A DNA stretch of 52,001 bases from an uncultured bacterium (GCA_964385645.1 CAYLPT010000139.1:1-52001); one strand, 5' to 3'; positions 19,918 through 28,218 are shown, numbered from the stretch's first letter. The notes: generated from the sequence alone by a model not told the origin. Program-made: numbers and translations.

Positions 19918-19952
19918 AGCAGGAGCCTGCTCCCGCCCCCGCGCCCTACAGG
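19911..19952. terminator. bidirectional stem-loop between hslU and the ManC-like gene
   Basis: Outer repeat CCTGTAG (19911-19917) / CTACAGG (19946-19952) contains both stop codons. Inner hairpin is GAGCAG-gagc-CTGCTC (19917-19932). Confidence 0.33.
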
Positions 19953-21022
19953 CACTCCTCCCTGCCCCGGCGCGCGATCTCCTCCAGGGCCTGTCGCACC
20001 TCCTGGGCCCGGTCCTCGTGGACGATGAGCAGCGCGTCCTCGGTGTCCACCACCACACACCCCTCCAGCCCCACCGTCACCACCAGCCGCCCCGAGCGGG
20101 CCAGGACCAGGCAGTTCTCGCTCAACACGCCGACATGGTTCTCACCGCCCAAGTCCAGGCCCCGGTGGCGGGCGGCGACCTCCTTGATCGAGCGCCACGT
20201 CCCCAGGTCGCTCCACTCCAGCGCGGTGGGGACCACCGCCATGTCCGGCGTCTTCTCCGCCAGGCCGTAGTCCAGCGAGATGGCGGGCAGGTCGCGGTAC
20301 ACCTGCTCGACGAGGTCGGGGTCGGGCGCGGCCGTGGCGGCGAGCCGGCGCGCGCCGGCGGCGACCTCCGGCAGGTACTGCTCGCAGCGCTCCATGAAGC
20401 GCCCGGCCCGGAAGATGAAGTGCCCCATGTTCCAGTAGTACCCGCCACTGGCGAGATAGCGCTCGGCCGTCTCCCGGTCGGGCTTCTCGGTGAAGCGCGC
20501 GACGCGGTACGCGCTGGCGGGCCGCGCCAGCCGGTCGCCGCGCTGGATGTAGCCGTAGCCGGTGTCTGGTCGAGAGGGGACGACGCCGAGGGTGACTATG
20601 AACCCTTCCGCGGCGGCCTCGGCCGCGGTGGCGACGTAGTCGCGGTAGGCGGCGGGATCGCCGATGTAGCTGTCGGCGGGGGTGACGAGCACCGCCGCGT
20701 CGGGGGCCTCCCGCGCGATGCGGGCCACCGCCATGGCGGCCGCGGGCGCGCTGTTGCGGCGCAGGGGCTCGCCGATGACATGGCCCTCAGGCAGCCCGGG
20801 GACCTGCTCGCGCACCAGGGGCACGAACTCCGCGCCGGTCACCACCCAGGTGCGCGCCGGTGAGGTGAGGGGCGCGACGCGCGCGTAAGTGTCGGCGAGC
20901 ATCGAGCGGCTAGAGAGCAGGGGCTGAAAGGGCTTGGGCCTGGCGCGGCGGGAGATGGGCCACAGGCGAGTGCCGATGCCGCCGGCGAGGATCACAACGT
21001 GGACATCGGTGTGCTGCGCCAC
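19946..21022 (-). CDS. mannose-1-phosphate guanylyltransferase (nucleotidyltransferase domain only)
   Basis: VVILAGGIGTRLWPISR..PKPF signature. GTG 21022 lies 7 nt after GGAGG and 3 nt after the PMM stop. Confidence 0.82.
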   Translation of the reverse strand: MAQHTDVHVVILAGGIGTRLWPISRRARPKPFQPLLSSRSMLADTYARVAPLTSPARTWVVTGAEFVPLVREQVPGLPEGHVIGEPLRRNSAPAAAMAVARIAREAPDAAVLVTPADSYIGDPAAYRDYVATAAEAAAEGFIVTLGVVPSRPDTGYGYIQRGDRLARPASAYRVARFTEKPDRETAERYLASGGYYWNMGHFIFRAGRFMERCEQYLPEVAAGARRLAATAAPDPDLVEQVYRDLPAISLDYGLAEKTPDMAVVPTALEWSDLGTWRSIKEVAARHRGLDLGGENHVGVLSENCLVLARSGRLVVTVGLEGCVVVDTEDALLIVHEDRAQEVRQALEEIARRGREECL

Positions 21023-21025
21023 TGG

Positions 21026-22447
21026 CTATCCTCCGAGCGTCGTCATCACCAGCTCGCGGCCGGCCTCGAGCAGCCCCGCGACGTCCTCCGCGCTCAGCCC
21101 CTCCGCGTACACCCGCACCAGGGGTTCGGTGCCCGACAGCCGCAGCAGCAGCCACGTTCCGTCGCCGCGCAGGAACTTCGCGCCATCCCGCCGGTTGACC
21201 TCCACCACGGGCTGCCCGGCGAGCGCATGCGGCTCGAGGTCGCCGATCCGCTCGGCCAGCGCGTCGCGCTGGGCGGGCGTGATGCGCAGGTCCATGCGGT
21301 CGAAGTAGCGCCGGCCGCCGATGAGTGAGTAGATGTCATCGAGCACCTCGCACACCCGCTTGCCCTCGTGGGCGAGGGCCTCGCAGGCCACCAGGGCGGC
21401 GAGGGAGCCGTCGCGGTCTGGCAGGTGGCCGCGGATGCCGAAGCCCCCGCTCTCCTCGACCGCGAGCACGTAGTCCTGGGGCGACTCCACCAGCGCGGGC
21501 GCCATGTTCTTGAACCCAACGCCGGTCTCGATCACCTCCACGCCGTAGTGGTCGCACAGCCGGTCCACCATAGAGGTCACGTTGACCGAACGCATGACCT
21601 TCCCCCGCCAGCCCCGGTTCCTGAGCAGGTGGTAGAGGACGAAGACGATGGTGCGCTGGATGTCAATGTACTCGCCGTGGGCCATCAGCCCCAGGCGGTC
21701 TCCGTCGCCATCGGTGGCCACGCCTATATCCACCCCCGGCTCGGCGGTCATGGCGACGCTCTCGGCGAGGTTAGCGCCGATGGGCTCCGGGTGTCGGCCG
21801 CCGAAGGTGGGGTCGGGGTTGGCGCGCAGCACGCGCACCTCCGCGCATCCGGCCCGGCGCAGCGCCTCGTCGAAGTACCCCGCGGCGGCGCCGTGCATGA
21901 GGTCGGCGACCACGGTAAGCCTCGCGGCGGCGATGGCCTCCCGGTCCACCATGGAGACGAGGCGGCCCACGTACTCGTCCCGCACCTCGAAGCGGTGGTG
22001 CTCCTGGTGGGGGGCCGGCTCAAGGGGCCCCTCCTGGAGCCGGCGATTCGCCTCCGCCTCAATGGCCTTGGCGTCGCGCTCCATCACTGAGGCCCCGGCG
22101 GCCTGCTTGACCTTCACCCCGTTGTACTCACCCGGGTTGTGGCTCGCGGTGAGCGCCACCGCGCCGGCGAGGGAGTTCCGCACCACGTAGAAGCACACGG
22201 CGGGCGTGGGAAGGGGCCCCTGGCAGAGGTGGGCCTCTATGCCTGCGGCGGCCAGCTCGTCGGCCACGGCCGCGGCGAACCGCCACCCCATGAATCGCGT
22301 ATCGTGCCCTACCGCCACGGGCGCGCCGGCGCCCTGCTGCTGAAACCAGGAGGCGACGGCGCGGGTCACCGCCCGCACCGCGTCGAACGTGTAGTCCTCA
22401 GCAAGCACCGCGCGCCAGCCCTCGGTGCCGAAACGAACGGCCCTCAT
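21026..22447 (-). CDS. phosphomannomutase/phosphoglucomutase
   Basis: FGTEGWRA, phosphoserine loop TASHNPGEYNGVK, and metal loop GVATDGDGDRLG. Start taken at ATG 22447 (MRAVRFGTEGWR). The track ORF runs to 22609 through Arg-rich sequence. Confidence 0.88.
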   Translation of the reverse strand: MRAVRFGTEGWRAVLAEDYTFDAVRAVTRAVASWFQQQGAGAPVAVGHDTRFMGWRFAAAVADELAAAGIEAHLCQGPLPTPAVCFYVVRNSLAGAVALTASHNPGEYNGVKVKQAAGASVMERDAKAIEAEANRRLQEGPLEPAPHQEHHRFEVRDEYVGRLVSMVDREAIAAARLTVVADLMHGAAAGYFDEALRRAGCAEVRVLRANPDPTFGGRHPEPIGANLAESVAMTAEPGVDIGVATDGDGDRLGLMAHGEYIDIQRTIVFVLYHLLRNRGWRGKVMRSVNVTSMVDRLCDHYGVEVIETGVGFKNMAPALVESPQDYVLAVEESGGFGIRGHLPDRDGSLAALVACEALAHEGKRVCEVLDDIYSLIGGRRYFDRMDLRITPAQRDALAERIGDLEPHALAGQPVVEVNRRDGAKFLRGDGTWLLLRLSGTEPLVRVYAEGLSAEDVAGLLEAGRELVMTTLGG

Positions 22448-22614
22448 GGTCTCACTCCGTCGCTGGGTCTCGCGGGCGACAGGGCCCGCCGCGTAGCTCG
22501 GCCGCATGAGGCCCTCGGCCGGCTGCCGGCCAGTCTCTTCTGCGCGCGCGGGCGCGCTCCCTCGGCGCAGAGAGGGCAAGAGGCGGCCCCTGTCGCGAAG
22601 TGCGCACACCGGTA

Positions 22615-22631
22615 TGTCGCGGGGCGCGACA
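22615..22631 (-). terminator. hairpin 12 nt after the reductase stop
   Basis: TGTCGCG-ggg-CGCGACA on the plus strand (7-bp stem). Precedes a 195-nt untranslated gap before the PMM gene. No U-tract. Confidence 0.3.
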
Positions 22632-22642
22632 CCGCCTGCCTG

Positions 22643-23839
22643 CTAGCTGAGCAGGCGCTTCAGCCAGCTCAGCCCCCGTCCGCCGTCGGGCGACCCGGCG
22701 AGCATGCTCAGCGCCAGCCCGACCCCGGGCCGCGCGTGCCAGTCGAAATCGAGCAGGTCCACCAGATAGCGAGACAGCCCCTGGGCCTCGGCCGAGCGGA
22801 AGATGGCATCCACGGTCTCGTCGGGCACCGAGCAGGCGAGCCGGCGGAGGATCTGTCCGGCCCTCTGTTCGGGGCCGAGGAGCTGCTTCCAGAGCTGCTC
22901 ATAGCGCATCAGATAGCGGGCATCGAGCCGCCCCTGAGCCAGCCCGCTCGCCAGCACCTCCGAGGCCACGCGGGCGGCCAGCAACCCGTAGTACACCCCC
23001 CCGCCGGTCGTCATCTTCACCTGGCCAGCCGCGTCGCCCACCGACAACACCCGGTCGGCGCAGGTCGGGCACCGCGGCGCGGCCGGCACCGGGTGCACGC
23101 GGACGCTGCCGTCGCCGATGAGTTCCCTCGCCTCCCCGAGCGCGCGCCCGGCGATCGCGTGCAAGGCCTGCCGGCCGTTGGCACGCGTGAGGACGCCGAC
23201 CCGGCTCCACCCATCCGCGCCCGGGACCACCCAGCCGAAGCCCCCGGGCACCAGCCGCCGGCCGACCCACACCCGCATCGTCGCCGGGCTGGGCACGGGC
23301 ACCTCGGCCTGCGCGCCGCACATCGCCCGGTGGTCGGCGGCCAGCCCAGCCAGCCTCGGCAGCCGACTCCTCGCCCCTGTGGCCAGGACCGCGGCCCGCG
23401 CCCGCGCTCTCCAGGGCTCGCCCCGACACCTCCCCTCCAGGGTGACGCCAGAGCCGTCCACCCTGAGGTCGCGCACCTTGAGGTCATAGCGGAAGACGGC
23501 GCCGGCCTGCTCGGCGCGCGTCGCCAGCGCCAGGTCCACCCGGCCCCGGTCCACGCTGTAGGCGCGGGTCCCGTTGAGCTCGACCCGAAGGGTGACGCCG
23601 CCCGGGGAGACGAGCTCCGCTGCCGTGAGCTCGCTCTGGACGGCCTCCATCGGCAGGTCGAAGGCCTGGTAGGCGTGAGCGCTGATAATGCCGGTGCAGT
23701 GTACCGGGTCGCCCGCCCTCTCGTGTTCCTCCACGACCGCGACGTGGTAGCCGAGCGCGGCGAGCCGGCGCGCGCACTCACACCCCACCGGCCCCGCACC
23801 CACGACGACGATATCGTGATCCAGCCGGGAACCCCTCAC
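22643..23839 (-). CDS. FAD-dependent geranylgeranyl reductase family oxidoreductase
   Basis: DIVVVGAGPVGCECARRLAALGYHVAVVEE dinucleotide fold, HCTGIIS and VLSVGDAAGQVKMTTGGGVYYG blocks. GTG 23839 overlaps the upstream TGA (GTGA). Confidence 0.8.
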   Translation of the reverse strand: MRGSRLDHDIVVVGAGPVGCECARRLAALGYHVAVVEEHERAGDPVHCTGIISAHAYQAFDLPMEAVQSELTAAELVSPGGVTLRVELNGTRAYSVDRGRVDLALATRAEQAGAVFRYDLKVRDLRVDGSGVTLEGRCRGEPWRARARAAVLATGARSRLPRLAGLAADHRAMCGAQAEVPVPSPATMRVWVGRRLVPGGFGWVVPGADGWSRVGVLTRANGRQALHAIAGRALGEARELIGDGSVRVHPVPAAPRCPTCADRVLSVGDAAGQVKMTTGGGVYYGLLAARVASEVLASGLAQGRLDARYLMRYEQLWKQLLGPEQRAGQILRRLACSVPDETVDAIFRSAEAQGLSRYLVDLLDFDWHARPGVGLALSMLAGSPDGGRGLSWLKRLLS

Positions 23840-24516
23840 CGCTCCGCCTCGTCGCTGTCCCAGCTCGCCCGCGACGTGATACGCCAGGAGTGCAGGAAGA
23901 GGTGGACGTCGAGCCCGAGGCCCCGGCGCTCGACGTAGGCGAGGTCATAGGGTAGCTTCTGGGCCGGCTCGCTGTAGTAGCGCCCGTACACCTGGGCCAG
24001 CCCGGTGAGCCCGGGCCGGATCCGCTCCCGCAGCCGGAAGCTGGGCAGCTCCCTCACGATCTGGGCCACCAGCTCCGGCCGCTCGGGCCGGGGGCCGACG
24101 AAGGACATGTGCCCGAGGAAAATGTTGACGAGCTGTGGCAGCTCGTCCATAGCGGTCTTGCGCAGCAGGCGCCCCACCCTGGTGATCCTGGGGTCGTCGC
24201 GCGAGGCGAGGACCGGGCCGGAGTGGGCCTCTGCGTCCTTGATCATAGAGCGGAACTTGAGGATGTGGAACCTGCGGCCGGCCGCGCCGACTCGCGCCTG
24301 GGTGTAGAATGCCGGCGGACCGTCCTCCAGGTAGATCGCCGCCATCACGGCCGCCACCACCGGCAGGGCAGCGACCAGGCCGGCGGCCGAGACGACAACG
24401 TCGAGGACCCGCTTGAGCACATCATAGGGGCGCCACGGGGCCGCGCCAGCCGCCCGCGCAGGCCCCCTTCGCAGTGACGCGTCTAGCGAGCTAGTGACCG
24501 GTTGCCCGCCGACCAT
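23836..24516 (-). CDS. polyprenyl-phosphate sugar phosphotransferase (bacterial sugar transferase family, WbaP/EpsL-like)
   Basis: YDVLKRVLDVVVSAAGLV.., GRRFHILKFRSM and DELPQLVNIFLGHMSFVGPRPERPE blocks. 226 aa. Confidence 0.88.
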   Translation of the reverse strand: MVGGQPVTSSLDASLRRGPARAAGAAPWRPYDVLKRVLDVVVSAAGLVAALPVVAAVMAAIYLEDGPPAFYTQARVGAAGRRFHILKFRSMIKDAEAHSGPVLASRDDPRITRVGRLLRKTAMDELPQLVNIFLGHMSFVGPRPERPELVAQIVRELPSFRLRERIRPGLTGLAQVYGRYYSEPAQKLPYDLAYVERRGLGLDVHLFLHSWRITSRASWDSDEAER

Positions 24517-24575
24517 CTCGGTGGTGACCGCCCTTTGACACCAGCGGCGCGCCGCTCACAGCGCGCCCCACCGGG

Positions 24576-24604
24576 ATGATACGGCATAGGCCCGCCTGCG
24601 TCAA
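24576..24604 (-). promoter_or_regulatory. internal promoter TTGACG-N17-TATCAT ahead of the sugar transferase and reductase genes
   Basis: The minus strand has TTGACG (24604-24599, overlapping the stop of the upstream membrane-protein gene) and TATCAT (24581-24576). A 7-bp GGCGCGC/GCGCGCC hairpin at 24546-24567 lies in the leader. Confidence 0.4.
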
Positions 24605-25977
24605 GCCCTGGGCGCCGCCTCGGCGAGCGAGCAAGCGGCGGCGGCCATCGCCAGCGGCGCGAGGTGGATCAGTAGACGGTCGAGGGAGGTGCTGATGTGC
24701 CACGTGATGTCATAGGGGCTGGTGGCGTAGATCGCCACATAGATGGCTAGCTGCCAGACCAGCAGGCCCCAGAGCACCGCGAGCGCGGCCCGCCCGCGCG
24801 CCCACGCCACCCAGGCCAGCAGGCCCAGGGCCACGAAGACCCACGACAGCTCCCAGGCGGGCCAGGTGAGCGCGTGCCGGAACAGGGAGGCGGCGATGGC
24901 GCCCAGCCGCTCGGCGAGCTCCGGCAGCGGCCGCAGGTGCATGCGCGTTAGCTGCGGGCTGGGGATGGCCCATCTTGCCCGGAGCAAGGCCCACGGAAGG
25001 TGGGCAAGGAGCAGGGCCGAGGCGGCCGCCGCCAGCAGTCGCGGCCGCGGCGCCCGATCTCGCGGCAGGCACGTGATCGCGAACACGAGCGCCGCCCCAA
25101 TCGCCATGCTGAGCCCCTCGGGCTTGACGAGCGATCCGGCGCCGAACATCACCATGCTCAGGGCGGCGTCCGCTGGGCGGCGCCGCTCCGCCCAGTCGGC
25201 CAGCAGCAGGCCCCCCCCGAGGAAGTAGAGAGCCTGGGGCACATCGGCCCCGCCTCCGCCGGCGTGGTAGGCGAGCACTGGTATCTGGCAGGTGAGGAGA
25301 GTGACGCCGAGCGCCCAGGGCAGGGTCATCCACCGGCGCAAGTAGCACGCGAGCACGGCCGCGATGCCGGCCCAGCAGACGATCCCCACCAGCTTCGCGC
25401 GGCGCTCGTCCACCTGCCCCATCACCTGGTAGAGCCAGGCCTGGGCCGCGGGCACGGCGAGAGGGTAGTCCACATGGGTGTAGCGGTAGCGGGCGAGGTT
25501 CGAGAAGGCCTCCCGGTCGAGCGTCCCGTCGGCGAACATCGCCTTCGCCTTGAAGGCCCAGATGTAGCGACCATCCCAGAACATGCCCGTCGCGTAGGCG
25601 TGGGCCGCGCCGCCCACGAGGACGAGCAGCAGCAGGGCGGCGGCGACCAGGGCGAGGGAGGCGGTGCGGCCGTTCGAGGTCGGCGCCTCCTCGGGCTCTG
25701 GGCGGCTCCCGCGGAATGGCCCCGCGGCCAGCAGGCCCGCAGGGATGGCGAGCGCGGCCGCCAGCAGGTAGATGAGCTCGGGCGCGACCCGCCATCCGAC
25801 CAGGGCCGCCAGGGTCCACACGGTGGCGAGAACCGCGGCGCCCACTGCGAAGTCGAGGGCGGGCTGGGCGTAGCCCAGGGGCCAGCGCCGAGCGCGCAGG
25901 CCCAGGGCGCTGAGCAGCAGCGCGCCGAGCAGCCATATGAACGCCAGCCCGAAGGCGGTCCGCGCCAGCCCAGCCAT
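24601..25977 (-). CDS. polytopic membrane protein, candidate GT-C-type glycosyltransferase (unverified)
   Basis: About 458 aa, 10 or more hydrophobic segments, with a loop ATGMFWDGRYIWAFKAKAMFADG. Sits between GT2 and the sugar transferase. Start taken at ATG 25977 (MAGLARTAF...), 7 nt after the GT2 stop. No family signature that I can name with certainty. Confidence 0.5.
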   Translation of the reverse strand: MAGLARTAFGLAFIWLLGALLLSALGLRARRWPLGYAQPALDFAVGAAVLATVWTLAALVGWRVAPELIYLLAAALAIPAGLLAAGPFRGSRPEPEEAPTSNGRTASLALVAAALLLLVLVGGAAHAYATGMFWDGRYIWAFKAKAMFADGTLDREAFSNLARYRYTHVDYPLAVPAAQAWLYQVMGQVDERRAKLVGIVCWAGIAAVLACYLRRWMTLPWALGVTLLTCQIPVLAYHAGGGGADVPQALYFLGGGLLLADWAERRRPADAALSMVMFGAGSLVKPEGLSMAIGAALVFAITCLPRDRAPRPRLLAAAASALLLAHLPWALLRARWAIPSPQLTRMHLRPLPELAERLGAIAASLFRHALTWPAWELSWVFVALGLLAWVAWARGRAALAVLWGLLVWQLAIYVAIYATSPYDITWHISTSLDRLLIHLAPLAMAAAACSLAEAAPRA

Positions 25978-25984
25978 ATCAGCC

Positions 25985-27310
25985 TCAGCCAGGCGCGCGT
26001 GCGTAGACGCGCACTCCGCCGCTGTCATGGATGCGCGTGTGCTCTGGCGGGGCCGTGGGGGGCGGGCCGTCTGCCCAGATCACGTAGTCGTGGCCCCAGA
26101 GCGGAGGCGCGCTGGGCACCTGCTCTGGCGGCGACTCGAACCAGAAGGGCGCGCGGCCGCCAGCCGGCCCCGGGAAGAAGAAGGTCACCCGCACCGGATA
26201 GAGCCGGTAGATGGCCTCGTAGACGCGGGCCGGCGAGCGGCCGATCTCCGGTCTCTCCTCCTCGGGCAGGACCACCGCGACGGTCGCCGCGCGGGGCAGC
26301 CCGCGCGCCGCCAGCGCCTCCAGCGCGTCGTAGTAGGGGCCCTGCCACTGCTGCCGCGCGTCCGGGTGGCCCGCGGCCGCCCGCGCGCCGGTCTGCACGC
26401 CGACCCAGGTGTTGACGAACGCCGCGCGCACCCCGCCCCGCGCGGCGGAGAGGCCCAGCCATGCCAGGGCGAGGGCGACGGCGGCTGCCTGGAGCGCCGC
26501 GGGTGCGGAGGCGCCCCGCTCGGGGAGGCGGCATGCCCGCTGGGGAGGCGCGAGTGGGGCCGGTCTCCTACCGAGCAGGCGCTGGATGAGGGGGGCGTAG
26601 CGCACGACGCAGGCCAGCGCCCAGAGCCCGTCCCTCCAGCCGATCTTCTTGCCCTCCTGGTAGGTCCGACCGGCATAGGAGACACCGACCTCGTAGATGC
26701 GGACGCCGGGGATGGCGGCGACCTTCGCCACCATCTCAGGCTCGATCCCGAAGCGGTTCTCGCGGAGCTGGAGGCGATCTACGACCTCGCGTCGGAGAAC
26801 CTTATAGCAGGCCTCGATGTCAGTGAGGTTGAGGTTGGTGGTGATATTGGACAGCAGGGTGAGGAGGCGGTTGCCGAGCATGTGCCAGAAGAGGAGCACC
26901 CGGTGGGGGCCTGCCCCTATGAAGCGCGAGCCGAAGACCGCGTCTGCGTGTCCCTCAATGATGGGCCGGAGCAGCTCCGGGTAATCGCGCGGGTCGTACT
27001 CCAGATCGGCGTCCTGCACCACCACGAGGTCCCCGGTCGCCGCCTGCAGGCCGCTGCGCACGGCCGCCCCCTTCCCGCGGTTGCGGGGGTGGGAGATCAC
27101 CTGGTCCACCTGGCCGGCCAGGGAGGCGCAGACCTCCGCGGTGCCGTCGGTGGAGCCGTCGTCCACCACGATGATCTCCCGCGCGAGCCCGCCCAGGTCC
27201 ACCGCGCGCACGCGGGCGACGACCTCGGCCAGCGTCTCGCGCTCGTTGTACACCGGGATGATGATGGAGAGCTTCGCGGCGGCCTGGCTGGGGCTGGGTC
27301 GGTCGCTCAC
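25985..27310 (-). CDS. family 2 glycosyltransferase (polyprenol-phosphate glycosyltransferase-like) fused to a TM helix and an unknown 150-aa C-terminal domain
   Basis: LSIIIPVYNERETL, VVDDGSTDGT and VVQDADLEYDP (DxD). GTG 27310 follows GAGG by 5 nt. The alternative start is TTG 27379 (track ORF). Confidence 0.85.
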   Translation of the reverse strand: MSDRPSPSQAAAKLSIIIPVYNERETLAEVVARVRAVDLGGLAREIIVVDDGSTDGTAEVCASLAGQVDQVISHPRNRGKGAAVRSGLQAATGDLVVVQDADLEYDPRDYPELLRPIIEGHADAVFGSRFIGAGPHRVLLFWHMLGNRLLTLLSNITTNLNLTDIEACYKVLRREVVDRLQLRENRFGIEPEMVAKVAAIPGVRIYEVGVSYAGRTYQEGKKIGWRDGLWALACVVRYAPLIQRLLGRRPAPLAPPQRACRLPERGASAPAALQAAAVALALAWLGLSAARGGVRAAFVNTWVGVQTGARAAAGHPDARQQWQGPYYDALEALAARGLPRAATVAVVLPEEERPEIGRSPARVYEAIYRLYPVRVTFFFPGPAGGRAPFWFESPPEQVPSAPPLWGHDYVIWADGPPPTAPPEHTRIHDSGGVRVYARAPG

Positions 27311-27414
27311 TGACGCCTCGCGGTGCCGCCCTTGGCGAGCGCGCTGTCCCCTTGGGCGGCCGCCAGCGGTCCGCGGCAAGCCGGCCGCGCCTGCTGGCTT
27401 CCCCCGGAGGGAGA

Positions 27415-27501
27415 TGGTGCCGAGGCGGGGAGTCGAACCCCGACGGGCCTAAGCCCACTAAGCCCTGAACCTAGCGCGTCTGCCAGTTCCGCCACCTCGG
27501 C
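27415..27501 (-). tRNA. tRNA-Leu (anticodon CAG), type II with long variable arm, CCA encoded
   Basis: Reverse complement reads GCCGAGGTGGCGGAACTGGCAGACGCGCTAGGTTCAGGGCTTAGTGGGCTTAGGCCCGTCGGGGTTCGACTCCCCGCCTCGGCACCA. The 7-bp acceptor stem is GCCGAGG/CCTCGGC. The anticodon stem CTAGG/CTTAG carries the loop TTCAGGG. T-arm is GGGGTTCGACTCCCC. Very close to E. coli tRNA-Leu(CAG) as I remember it. Confidence 0.93.
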
Positions 27502-27510
27502 GCTGATGCT

Positions 27511-27539
27511 ATTGTATGGCAAGCCCCCCGCCTCGTCAA
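27511..27539 (-). promoter_or_regulatory. tRNA-Leu promoter TTGACG-N17-TACAAT
   Basis: The minus strand has TTGACG (27539-27534) and TACAAT (27516-27511). The -10 ends 9 nt before the mature tRNA 5' end. Confidence 0.6.
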
Positions 27540-27606
27540 GGCGCCCCCGTCACGGGGCGGGCCCGGTTGGCCGCCCGCGAACGCGCTCAGGATGGCCCGC
27601 GGGCCC

Positions 27607-27635
27607 TTGCCCGGCGCGGGCCGGGGGCGTATAAT
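27607..27635 (+). promoter_or_regulatory. tatA promoter TTGCCC-N17-TATAAT
   Basis: TTGCCC at 27607-27612 and TATAAT at 27630-27635. About 50-nt leader to ATG 27691. Confidence 0.55.
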
Positions 27636-27690
27636 GCAGGCAGACCTGCGGGCCGGGGCTGGCGCGCCGGCAGGGAAAGGGGAGCTGCCG

Positions 27691-27879
27691 ATGTTCGCAT
27701 GGACACTGGGACCGACTGAGATCGCCGTCATCCTGCTCCTGATCCTGATCCTCTTTGGCGCCAAGCGGCTGCCCGAGCTTGCACGCTCGCTCGGTCAGGG
27801 GGTGAAGGAGTTCCGCAAGGCGGTCAAGGAGATCGGCGAAGACAGCGACGACACCGACTCCCGATCAGGCTCGAACTAG
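27691..27879 (+). CDS. tatA: twin-arginine translocase subunit TatA/E
   Basis: MFAWTLGPTEIAVILLLILILFGAKRLPELARSLGQGVKEFRKAV. ATG 27691 follows GGGAAAGGGGAG. Confidence 0.9.
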   Translation: MFAWTLGPTEIAVILLLILILFGAKRLPELARSLGQGVKEFRKAVKEIGEDSDDTDSRSGSN

Positions 27880-27912
27880 CCGCCTCCGCCCGAGCGACCG
27901 AGGCGCCTGCCG

Positions 27913-28098
27913 ATGCCGTGTCCCTACCTCTCCCGAGATAGAACCGAGTGCCTGCTTGCTGAGGAGACCGCGGACGATGACGAGGACCCGGGGGTCCCCG
28001 CCGACGACCTGATCCGCCGGGAATGGTGCCTCGGCGAGCCGAGCGTCTACCGCAACTGTCCCGCCTTCCGCCGGCACCTCGCCGACTTGCTCCGCTGA
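27913..28098 (+). CDS. hypothetical small acidic four-cysteine protein (61 aa)
   Basis: The ORF fills the tatA-cspA gap. Composition is normal and not Arg/Pro/Ala-rich (MPCPYLSRDRTECLLAEETADDDEDPGVPADDLIRREWCLGEPSVYRNCPAFRRHLADLLR). By my count 51 of 60 third positions are G/C. The SD is weak (GAGG about 10 nt upstream). No family recognised. Confidence 0.35.
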   Translation: MPCPYLSRDRTECLLAEETADDDEDPGVPADDLIRREWCLGEPSVYRNCPAFRRHLADLLR

Positions 28099-28218
28099 TC
28101 CCTCCCGGTGGGGCGGATGCCCTGTCTGCCCTTCCGCCCGCAGGGCGGACCGAGGCCGACGACCGACCACTTATCTGCCTCTCCATCTCCAGACCGCTGC
28201 CGTTCCGCCTGCCTCCTC

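Noticed and set aside
22444-22632. 62-aa upstream ORF that ends in an ATGA overlap with the PMM start
   Set aside because: Arg-rich, with several AGA, ACA, GGA and CGA codons that are rare in real genes here. My count gives about 77 % GC3, against a much higher value in neighbouring genes. Its start lies inside the terminator hairpin. It is probably not translated, but the 195-nt leader remains unexplained.
22139-23938. 599-aa plus-strand ORF opposite the PMM and reductase genes. The same applies to 486-1733, 12930-14117, 25000-26415, 25937-27313, 32723-33988, 40562-42373 and 43801-44769.
   Set aside because: All are antisense or off-frame shadows of motif-bearing genes. None has a recognisable domain or a start context.
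19946-27501. Genomic island integrated at the 3' end of tRNA-Leu
   Set aside because: No integrase and no direct repeat of the tRNA 3' end further downstream. The composition is indistinguishable from the rest of the window.
27307-27522. 71-aa minus-strand ORF overlapping the tRNA
   Set aside because: The sequence folds into a canonical tRNA-Leu, so the ORF is an artefact.
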